From an uncultured Mesoaciditoga sp. (GTDB lineage: Bacteria; Thermotogota; Thermotogae; Mesoaciditogales; Mesoaciditogaceae): a stretch of 64,000 nucleotides of DNA. This document shows, one piece after another, positions 56,799 to 64,000 of this stretch; position 1 is the stretch's first letter, and every line of letters begins with the position of its first letter. The stretch is taken from contig CAYSSO010000004.1 in assembly GCA_964433875.1 (NCBI GenBank), positions 22,233 through 86,232 of the forward strand, written 5' to 3'. The notes under the pieces were generated by a model. That model did not search any database. It had not been told where the DNA came from and saw nothing but the letters and a program-made list of their open reading frames with translations. The position numbers and the translations under genes were made by a program.

Positions 56799-57656
56799 AT
56801 GAAGAAGGAACTTTTAAATGAATTGAATCCTTACGAGGAATTCGTGATAATAAAGAAAGGAACGGAAAGGCCTTTTACCGGAAGGTACAACGATTTCTAC
56901 GAAAAAGGTACGTATGTTTGCAGAAGATGTGGATTGCCACTTTACGAGTCAAAAAGCAAGTTCAAATCTGACTGTGGATGGCCAAGTTTTGACGAAGAAA
57001 TACCCGGCGCTGTAAAAAGGCAGATAGACGCGGACGGAAAAAGAGTCGAAATAATCTGTGCTTACTGTGGTGCTCATCTTGGACATCTTTTTGAAGGTGA
57101 AGGGTATACACCAAAAAATGTAAGGCACTGCGTGAATTCGGTATCGATGAAGTTTATACCCGAGGGAGAAAAGGTTAGGAGAAATAGAGCATTCTTTGCC
57201 GCAGGATGCTTTTGGGGATCCGAATACATGTTTAAAAAATACAAAGGAGTGCTCGATACGCGTGTCGGATACATGGGCGGAAGGTTGAAAAATCCATCGT
57301 ACGATCAAGTCTGTACCGGCATAACCGGACATTACGAAACGGTCGAAGTTATATATGACACATCTGTCAGTTACGAAGAACTTGTAAAATTTTTCTTCGA
57401 AATTCATGATTTCTCGCAACTTGACGGTCAGGGGCCCGATATTGGCGAACAATACAAAAGTGTCATCTTTTATACAGATGAAGATCAGCACAAAATTGCT
57501 GAATCCGTCAAGGCATCTCTTATTCAGAAAGGGCGATTAGTCGCGACACAGATAAAGAGAGCCTCGGATTTCTGGCTGGCCGAAGAGTACCACCAGAATT
57601 ACTATGAAAAGACCGGAAAAGTTCCTTACTGTCATTTCAGAAGAGAAGTGTTTTAA
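56799..57656 (+). CDS. msrBA: bifunctional methionine sulfoxide reductase MsrB-MsrA fusion
   Basis: The N-terminal half is MsrB (zinc CRRCGLPLY / CAYCGAHLG, catalytic RHCVNS). The C-terminal half is MsrA (FAAGCFWGSEYMF, GYMGG, HDFSQLDGQGPDIGEQY). SD AGGAGG. Confidence 0.9.
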   Translation: MKKELLNELNPYEEFVIIKKGTERPFTGRYNDFYEKGTYVCRRCGLPLYESKSKFKSDCGWPSFDEEIPGAVKRQIDADGKRVEIICAYCGAHLGHLFEGEGYTPKNVRHCVNSVSMKFIPEGEKVRRNRAFFAAGCFWGSEYMFKKYKGVLDTRVGYMGGRLKNPSYDQVCTGITGHYETVEVIYDTSVSYEELVKFFFEIHDFSQLDGQGPDIGEQYKSVIFYTDEDQHKIAESVKASLIQKGRLVATQIKRASDFWLAEEYHQNYYEKTGKVPYCHFRREVF

Positions 57657-57657
57657 T

Positions 57658-58710
57658 TCATTTTTTTATAACTACGGCATCTTTTACAACGACAGTAACC
57701 GGCGAATTCACATCTCCCACGTCGTTGACTGAGGAAGAAAAGGTCTTTAGTGTGGAATTTTTTCCCATTCTTATTTTGTATTCAAGAGTCCCGCCGAGGT
57801 ACAATTTTGATTCTATAGTACCCTTTATGCCTTCTCCATTTGGATTTTTTAGTTCCACAGCCTCAGGTCTTACGAGTAAAACTTTAGAGTCATAATTGTT
57901 TACCATACCCTTTCTTGCCTCTATCAAAATGCCATCGATCGATCTGAAAAGCACCTTATCCTCTGAGATTTCTTTTTCTATCTCCCCTTCTATGAAATTA
58001 GTCCCTCCGATAAAGGAGGCAACGAAGGCATTTACCGGTGTAAGATAAACTTCTCTTGGTTCTCCGATTTGGATTATAATCCCTGCCTGCATTATCGCGA
58101 TTCTATCGGATAAGGTCATGGCTTCTGCCTGATCGTGAGTTACATAAACGGCCGTTATATTAACTTTTCTTTGCAAGTCTTTGAGTTCATACCTTACCTC
58201 TTCTCTTAATTTTGCATCGAGATTTGAAAGCGGCTCATCAAAGAGCACCACCGATGGATGTGGTGCTATTGCACGGGCAACTCCAACCCTTTGCTGCTGG
58301 CCACCTGAAATCTGTTCTATGCGCCTTTCTGCCAATTCTTCTATTCTTAACATTTTCAGGATTTCTTTTACCCTGATCTGGATCTCCCTTTCTGGCATGT
58401 GCCTCATCCTCAATCCAAAGGCAACATTGTCAAAAACATTCATGTGCGGAAAGAGTGCGAAGTTCTGAAAGACCATAGTCAGGTTTCTTTTTTCTGGAGG
58501 AAAATTCGTTATGTTCTTTCCATCTATCAATATCCTTCCCTCATCAGGAGAGATTAGACCCGCTATCATTCTCAAAGTTGTCGTTTTCCCGCATCCGGAA
58601 GGTCCGAGAAGAGTAAAGAATTCTCCATCTTTTATTTCAAGTTCTTCTATAGAGGAAGCCAAAACCTTTCCATAACGTTTTTTGAGATTTTGAATTAAGA
58701 TCTTAGACAT
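57658..58710 (-). CDS. ABC transporter ATP-binding protein (PotA/FbpC/MalK-like with C-terminal TOBE-type domain)
   Basis: Walker A GPSGCGKTT, signature SGGQQQRV, Walker B VVLFDEPLS. A C-terminal beta-rich extension of about 110 aa. Confidence 0.9.
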   Translation of the reverse strand: MSKILIQNLKKRYGKVLASSIEELEIKDGEFFTLLGPSGCGKTTTLRMIAGLISPDEGRILIDGKNITNFPPEKRNLTMVFQNFALFPHMNVFDNVAFGLRMRHMPEREIQIRVKEILKMLRIEELAERRIEQISGGQQQRVGVARAIAPHPSVVLFDEPLSNLDAKLREEVRYELKDLQRKVNITAVYVTHDQAEAMTLSDRIAIMQAGIIIQIGEPREVYLTPVNAFVASFIGGTNFIEGEIEKEISEDKVLFRSIDGILIEARKGMVNNYDSKVLLVRPEAVELKNPNGEGIKGTIESKLYLGGTLEYKIRMGKNSTLKTFSSSVNDVGDVNSPVTVVVKDAVVIKK

Positions 58711-58720
58711 CTTATCCTCC

Positions 58721-59521
58721 TTATCCTTTTATGCCCGCTCCGGCCACATATTCGCTTTTTATGTATTTTTCCATCAAATATACTATAAATAAAGATGGAA
58801 CTATCAAAAAGACGCTTATTGCCGATGCAGGTCCTGGAGAGATGTAATAACCACCGACGTATCTGTAAAGAAAGACCGGAAGTGTGACTATATTTGGCAG
58901 ACCCAAAAGTAGCGTTAAAAGGAATTCGTTCAAAGACCACGAAAAAGCAAAAACAGATCCGGACAACAGGCCAGGCGTCACAAGCGGAATATATATCTTC
59001 AATATCGTTCTTAACCTTGTTGCACCCAGGACTCTTGCAGCCTCCTCAATAGATGGATCTATCGATTCGAAAGATGCCTCAACGCTTCTAAACATGTAAG
59101 GCGTGGCGCCTATCATGTGAACTAAAACTATAGCCATATAATTTCCTATCAGGCCGAGTTGGGTATAAATGGAAAGAATCCCTATTCCGCTGACTATTGG
59201 AGGCACAATTAAGGGTATTAAAAAAAGATTTTCTATCAACTTTTTTGATTTTATATCCTTTGTTCCTACTATGTACGCTGCCGGTATACTTATGAGCGCG
59301 GAAAAAATCACTACAAGTGGTGCTATTGTAAAGCTCAAGATCAAACTATTTCCCAACCCTGCCTGAATGACCTGAATGAAAGATCTAAAGCCTAACTGGG
59401 TTGGAAAGAGTGAAGTTCCGTACCATATTGTGCTGAAAGACCATTCAAATATGACAAAGACGGGAAAGAATATGATCAAAACTATTATTACACTTACAAG
59501 CGATGTCAGTGCTCTTTTCAT
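58721..59521 (-). CDS. ABC transporter permease
   Basis: 266 aa with 6 TM helices. EAA loop IEEAARVLGATRLRTILKIYIPLVTPG. Confidence 0.85.
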   Translation of the reverse strand: MKRALTSLVSVIIVLIIFFPVFVIFEWSFSTIWYGTSLFPTQLGFRSFIQVIQAGLGNSLILSFTIAPLVVIFSALISIPAAYIVGTKDIKSKKLIENLFLIPLIVPPIVSGIGILSIYTQLGLIGNYMAIVLVHMIGATPYMFRSVEASFESIDPSIEEAARVLGATRLRTILKIYIPLVTPGLLSGSVFAFSWSLNEFLLTLLLGLPNIVTLPVFLYRYVGGYYISPGPASAISVFLIVPSLFIVYLMEKYIKSEYVAGAGIKG

Positions 59522-60387
59522 CTTCTTTCACCTTGAATTTTTGCGATTATCTTCGTATAAAAATATGTTATTAAGATGGCACTTATCATGTATATGACCG
59601 ATTGGACCGATGCCATCCCGTACTGGGAGAATTGTGTTACGTCATTGTATATGGATATTGACATGTATTGTGGCCAACTTGCCCCGAGGATAAAGGCAAC
59701 CGAAAAGGCTCCAAACATGCCTATAAAAGAAAGGATCGATCCTGCCAAAAATCCGGGCATTGATAGAGGAAGGATTATTTTAAAAACACTTTTCCAGAAG
59801 GTCGATCCAAGGGTCCTTGAAGCCTCTATCAAGGTCGGATCTATCATTTTGAGTGTTCCAATGAGCAAAAGCACCATATATGGAAAGTTCATCCAAACAT
59901 TGGCAACGATAATGCCTATTCCGTAGGGATCATTTACAAGCAATGTATTTGGATTTACTATTCCCGTCATGGCCAGCAACCTTTGAGCGTATCCTCCCGG
60001 AGAGAGCAAATTCCACCACGCAAATGCAGAGATCAAATATGGAATAAACAAAGGTATTTTGTAAGTTGCGGAAACAAAGGATTTACCTTTGAAATTTACA
60101 AAATAGAAAAAAATGGCGAGAAAAAATGAAATAACGCTTATAATTAACGTTGCAAGAGCAGAATTCCAAAAACTAAACCATAAACTCTCAAGATAAGGCC
60201 CTTTTAAATCAAAGAATTTCAAATAATATTCCAGCGTGAATTTGGGAGGCTTCATTGGTCCAAGGCTGTAAAGCCCAAAAGATTGCAAAAAAACCAAGAT
60301 TAGCGGTAAAACGAATATAAAAGAATAAAATATTATAACCGGCGAAAGGTAAAGCAGTGCCACTGAAAATTTAACCTTCGGCTTCAT
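59518..60387 (-). CDS. ABC transporter permease
   Basis: 289 aa with 6 TM helices. EAA loop IEASRTLGSTFWKSVFKIILPLSMPG. 4-nt overlap with the downstream permease. Confidence 0.85.
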   Translation of the reverse strand: MKPKVKFSVALLYLSPVIIFYSFIFVLPLILVFLQSFGLYSLGPMKPPKFTLEYYLKFFDLKGPYLESLWFSFWNSALATLIISVISFFLAIFFYFVNFKGKSFVSATYKIPLFIPYLISAFAWWNLLSPGGYAQRLLAMTGIVNPNTLLVNDPYGIGIIVANVWMNFPYMVLLLIGTLKMIDPTLIEASRTLGSTFWKSVFKIILPLSMPGFLAGSILSFIGMFGAFSVAFILGASWPQYMSISIYNDVTQFSQYGMASVQSVIYMISAILITYFYTKIIAKIQGERR

Positions 60388-60404
60388 ATCTTTCCTCCCA
60401 GAAA

Positions 60405-60427
60405 AGGTCAGGCTTCACGCCTGACCT
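60405..60427 (-). terminator. intercistronic hairpin (partial terminator or mRNA stabiliser) after the binding-protein gene
   Basis: On the minus strand, AGGTCAGGC-GTGAA-GCCTGACCT followed by TTTTC. It lies between the SBP stop (60433) and the permease SD. Confidence 0.6.
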
Positions 60428-60432
60428 GATTT

Positions 60433-61692
60433 TTACTGAGACTTTGCTATTATTTGAGTCCAGTCTTTCATCAATTCATCCATGTAAAGGCCGGATCTCA
60501 GCCATAGAGGATTCGTTATGCTGTCAAACGGTACCCAATAAGGCTGTGTTTTTATTGCCTGAATAACCTCTGGCTTGTTCATTACCCCAGTAACGACTGG
60601 AAAGGCTCCACCCCTATCGAGAACTATACCAGTTTGAACTTCATTTGAGAGCAAGAAATTGGCAAGCACCATCGCCGCGTATTTGTGGGGAGCATTGTAA
60701 GGGATGAAAAGCCCATCCATCCCGCCTGCATCCATCGTTGGTTTTGGTATGTAGAGGCCGACTATATTAGGATCCAAAAGTCCCTGCTTTATCCAAGACG
60801 CGGTAACGTCGAGCCATTGAGGTTCAAGCCATACCTGTCCTTTTGCGAAAAGGGAGATCGCGGCAGAGTTTCCGGCCGGATAAAATCCTGGCTGATACAT
60901 GTACTTTTGCAACTCTTTCAGATATCCCCACAGAGAGTATCCTTTTGGTCCAACCTTATTCCAAAGTTCGGATCCGAGCGCTTTGTCGTATGGCATTCCC
61001 ATCGAATTGTAATACTTGTCATAACCGTAAAGCCACTGTGAAAGCGTTATGAGGAAAGTATGACCGCTTCCACCCGTATTTGGATCGCAGTAAGTGAATT
61101 TTCCAGGATTCGCCTTCACCCATGCCATTAAATCATCCCACGATTGTGGAGGATTTTTGACCATTTGCTTGTTGTAAAGGAAGGCTACCTGCCACCATAT
61201 AAATGGCACGAAGGCCCCATTTGTCGGGATCATGTCCGTATATTGAAGCAAATATGGATCTACTATATTTCTCGCGTTGGGTATAACGTAACTCCATGGG
61301 TATTTCCAGACAACTCCTGCATCCCATGCATCGTGGAAAGGTATCGACCATGTAAAGACGAGATCCATGTCTCCAACATTCTGCCCTGCTTTTTGTTCGG
61401 CAAGAAGTTTCTGTAAAAATGCGTACCAATCTCCAAATATGAAATTGACCTTTATGCCGTATTCCTTTTCGAATTTCGGTATCAAACTTTCAAAGTAAAG
61501 TTTGTCGTATTCGGCACCGTACGCGTACCACGATACAGAACCTTCCTGTTTTGCCATTTGAACGACGGTATCCCAGGATGGTATAGGACCCTGAGGACCC
61601 GTTAGACCTGCCGTAGAAGTATCGGCCAGAGCCGTAATCGCAAACAAAACAACCAAAGCAACCAAGATAATTACTTTACCCCTCATCATCAC
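60433..61692 (-). CDS. ABC transporter extracellular solute-binding protein
   Basis: 419 aa with a signal-like N-terminus (VIILVALVVLFAITALA). W/Y-rich mature domain. It is the first gene of the operon. SD AAGGAGG. Confidence 0.8.
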   Translation of the reverse strand: MMMRGKVIILVALVVLFAITALADTSTAGLTGPQGPIPSWDTVVQMAKQEGSVSWYAYGAEYDKLYFESLIPKFEKEYGIKVNFIFGDWYAFLQKLLAEQKAGQNVGDMDLVFTWSIPFHDAWDAGVVWKYPWSYVIPNARNIVDPYLLQYTDMIPTNGAFVPFIWWQVAFLYNKQMVKNPPQSWDDLMAWVKANPGKFTYCDPNTGGSGHTFLITLSQWLYGYDKYYNSMGMPYDKALGSELWNKVGPKGYSLWGYLKELQKYMYQPGFYPAGNSAAISLFAKGQVWLEPQWLDVTASWIKQGLLDPNIVGLYIPKPTMDAGGMDGLFIPYNAPHKYAAMVLANFLLSNEVQTGIVLDRGGAFPVVTGVMNKPEVIQAIKTQPYWVPFDSITNPLWLRSGLYMDELMKDWTQIIAKSQ

Positions 61693-61763
61693 ACCTCCTT
61701 TTGAAGTTCATTTGTTTTTAGCATTAAAAATTTCTCCCAGTTATATCTAAAGATTAAGCGAAT

Positions 61764-62525
61764 TTAAAATCCTTTTAAAGACCTTAGAATATCTTCGTGT
61801 ATTTCGGGTATGGCGCCAACGATTTCTATGTCTTTTAGTTTGTAATCTTGGCCGTCGAAATTCGTGATCTTTGATCCCGCCTCTGTTGATATCGTTATTC
61901 CTGCCACAACGTCCCACGGGTATATCTCGTCTTCCCAGTACCCATCTATCCGTCCTGCCGCCAGGTAACAAAGGGATAATGCCGCGCTCCCGAGAATTCT
62001 GACTTCCTGAACTGATGGAATGATCTTTTTCGCCTCTTCGATGATACGCATCGTCTTTTGACGATCATAAGGGAAACCCGTTGAGAGAATAGAGTCTTTG
62101 AGATCCTTTTTCTTTACCGACAATTTTTTACCGTTTAGATACGCGCCCTTGCCCTTGATGCCATAAAACAACTCGTCTCTTAAAGGATCGTAAACAACAC
62201 CGGCAACGGGCATTTCATCCCAGTATCCTATCGAAACACCGAAAAATGGTATCCCATGAACAAAATTAAGTGTGCCATCAAGCGGATCTACGTAAAAAAC
62301 CCTTTTGATGTTTGAGATCTTTTGTACCGATTCTTCTGCCACAATTGGTATATCGTGAACCTTTTGCAATATTTCGATTATCGTTGATTGTGAATTAAGA
62401 TCAACGGAAGTTACGAGATCTGCCCGTGAACTTTTTACCTTAACATCGTAAGAACTTTCATATCCATCTTTCAAAATATTCCCAGCTTTTCTTGCCGCCT
62501 CTATCATGACCTCTATTATTTCCAT
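61764..62525 (-). CDS. inositol monophosphatase family protein (IMPase/FBPase-like)
   Basis: AEES...FYVDPLDGTLNF and YPWDVVAGI motifs. ATG 62525 is preceded by AAGGAG, which overlaps the SDR stop. Confidence 0.85.
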   Translation of the reverse strand: MEIIEVMIEAARKAGNILKDGYESSYDVKVKSSRADLVTSVDLNSQSTIIEILQKVHDIPIVAEESVQKISNIKRVFYVDPLDGTLNFVHGIPFFGVSIGYWDEMPVAGVVYDPLRDELFYGIKGKGAYLNGKKLSVKKKDLKDSILSTGFPYDRQKTMRIIEEAKKIIPSVQEVRILGSAALSLCYLAAGRIDGYWEDEIYPWDVVAGITISTEAGSKITNFDGQDYKLKDIEIVGAIPEIHEDILRSLKGF

Positions 62526-62535
62526 TTTTTCTCCT

Positions 62536-63315
62536 TCAGTGCATCCATGCTCCACCGGTCACATTTATCGCCTGACCAGTCATGAAATCCGCATCTTCAG
62601 ATGCTAAAAACAATACAACTTTTGCAACGTCTTCGGGATAGCACAGCCGTCCGAGAGGTGTTTGCCTTATATACCCCTTCCTTACTTCTTCTGGATCATC
62701 TATGCCTCTTAATTTGGCCTCCCACACGATCTCTCTTTCCTGCATAGAGGTTTTGACAAAGCCCGGACAGACAGCATTGACATTTATTCCGTACGGGGCA
62801 AGTTCTTTCGCTGCAGATTGTGTAAAGCCGACGACGGCGAACTTCGAGGCCGAATAGTGTGCGAGCAGATCTGCACCAGTCTTCCCGGCCATAGAGGCTG
62901 TGTTGACTATTTTTCCCTTCTTTCTTTTTATCATGTGGGGAACAACGTATTTACTCACGAGCCAAACACCCTTGGCATTTACATTCATGTTGAAATCCCA
63001 TTCTTCTTCTTTTAATTCCCAGAAATAGTTCATCGTCGAAACGCCGGCATTGTTTATCAAAATATCTATCACTTTAAAATCTTCTATGACCTTTTTTACT
63101 ACATCTTCTACCATTTTTGAGTTTGTGACATCGAGTACGTATGATCTAACCATTTTGGAAATATCTTTCAAATTGGCGGCAGTTTTTTCAAGTTCATTTG
63201 CATCTAAATCTGTAAGAGCAAGCAAAGCGCCCTCCCGGGCGAACCCTTCCGCTATTGCCTTTCCTATGCCTTTTGCAGATCCCGTGATCAGGACAACTTT
63301 ATTTTCGAATCTCAT
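62536..63315 (-). CDS. SDR-family oxidoreductase (sorbitol-6-phosphate dehydrogenase-like)
   Basis: TGSAKGIGKA, NNAG, YSASKFAVVG. The C-terminal EAKLRGIDDPEEVRKGYIRQTPLGRLCYPEDV...GQAINVTGG resembles SrlD-type enzymes as I recall them. Confidence 0.8.
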   Translation of the reverse strand: MRFENKVVLITGSAKGIGKAIAEGFAREGALLALTDLDANELEKTAANLKDISKMVRSYVLDVTNSKMVEDVVKKVIEDFKVIDILINNAGVSTMNYFWELKEEEWDFNMNVNAKGVWLVSKYVVPHMIKRKKGKIVNTASMAGKTGADLLAHYSASKFAVVGFTQSAAKELAPYGINVNAVCPGFVKTSMQEREIVWEAKLRGIDDPEEVRKGYIRQTPLGRLCYPEDVAKVVLFLASEDADFMTGQAINVTGGAWMH

Positions 63316-64000
63316 CTTCTTTTACCTCCCTGAGATTGTAAAGTTCTTCGTAGATGGATTTCAAAGATGTATACAATTTTTTATATACCGCGTAATATTT
63401 TTCGTACTTTAAATGGTTTCGAAGGTTAAAATGCGTGATTTCGGATTTTTCAGTTTCAAAATCATATAAATTCTTGATTATCCCAGCCGAGTACGCCGCA
63501 AGCAAAGCAACACCAAAGACAGATCCCTTTTCTTTTTTGTAATTTAGATCCATACCAATAACGTCTGAAACTATCTGACGCCAGAGCGGATTCTTTGCTC
63601 CTCCGTCTGAGATAAATGCTCTTTTTATGTTAAAGCCAGCCTCTTTCAAAATTTCGATGTGATGATTAAATCCGAATGAAACACTTTCAAGAAGGGATCT
63701 GAATATGTCTCCTCTTTTGTGATGGAGATCGAGTCCAAATATCAATCCGCGTGCTTTTGTATCAAAAATAGGTGTTTTTTCTCCAAGAAAGTATGGCAAA
63801 GTTACGATACCTTCAGACCCCACCGAACTCTCACAGGCCAATTTGGTAAGTTCATCGTAATTATCTGTTTTTAAAAGATTCATATACCATTTTACAAGAG
63901 AGCCACTTGTTGCCATACAACCGTTTAGGACGTATTTACCCGGTATATCGTGATAATCAAAAAAGAGTCGCTTTTCTCTTTTAAAGGAATCTGTGACAAA
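63299..64000 (-). CDS. FGGY-family carbohydrate kinase, C-terminal part (5' end lies outside the window)
   Basis: The frame is open to the window edge. ATSGSLVKWY...LPYFLGEKTPIFD...ISDGGAKNPLWRQIVSDV is the FGGY C-terminal domain. The stop overlaps the SDR start by 17 nt. Confidence 0.8.
   Translation of the reverse strand, partial: FVTDSFKREKRLFFDYHDIPGKYVLNGCMATSGSLVKWYMNLLKTDNYDELTKLACESSVGSEGIVTLPYFLGEKTPIFDTKARGLIFGLDLHHKRGDIFRSLLESVSFGFNHHIEILKEAGFNIKRAFISDGGAKNPLWRQIVSDVIGMDLNYKKEKGSVFGVALLAAYSAGIIKNLYDFETEKSEITHFNLRNHLKYEKYYAVYKKLYTSLKSIYEELYNLREVKEDEIRK

Overview
This window reads as ordinary core chromosome from an AT-rich organism (about 40% G+C by eye). The proteins are rich in K, E and I, which suggests a thermophile. 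Gene content fits Thermotogota or a related anaerobe: rnfCDGEAB, a flbD-motAB-fliL-fliM-fliY flagellar block, secA-prfB, TmcAL, a BMP-type binding protein and a membrane HD-GYP. I cannot assign a taxon without a database search. I support about 66 CDS, one tRNA-Pro(UGG), several hairpin terminators and a few extended -10 promoters.

Main blocks:
- A minus-strand array, metG-gyrA-truA-tlyA-secA-prfB plus two poorly characterised genes (3340-14794).
- A small-peptide / HD-GYP / DUF5317-like / DUF134 module (14918-17190).
- A rbsK-rqcP-ychF operon that ends in a membrane protein and a 340-aa orphan (17399-21010).
- apt-pgi-rnfCDGEAB plus an AhpD-like gene (21012-27899).
- A marR-MBL-MFS cassette followed by a second MFS gene (28182-32243).
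- A roughly 12-kb plus-strand flagellar operon that runs without a break into housekeeping genes (32320-44687).
- An MCP gene.
- An eno-murE-murF-mraY-murD-ftsW-murG operon with murJ divergent from it.
- tRNA-Pro, then msrBA.
- An ABC importer with IMPase, SDR and FGGY-kinase genes.

I saw no CRISPR array, transposase, integrase, phage gene or recognisable defence system. I therefore cannot point to a convincing new multi-gene system.

The most second-look-worthy items are:
- The 340-aa protein that looks beta-clamp-like by eye.
- The HD-GYP module, with an unannotated 29-aa membrane peptide and a leader hairpin that sequesters its ribosome-binding site.
- A tandem-HD protein with a degenerate N-terminal half.
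- A CsaB-like protein with non-canonical motifs.
- A minimal RnfB.
- A 267-bp unexplained intergenic region.

All family assignments come from motif recognition by eye. No searches were run.
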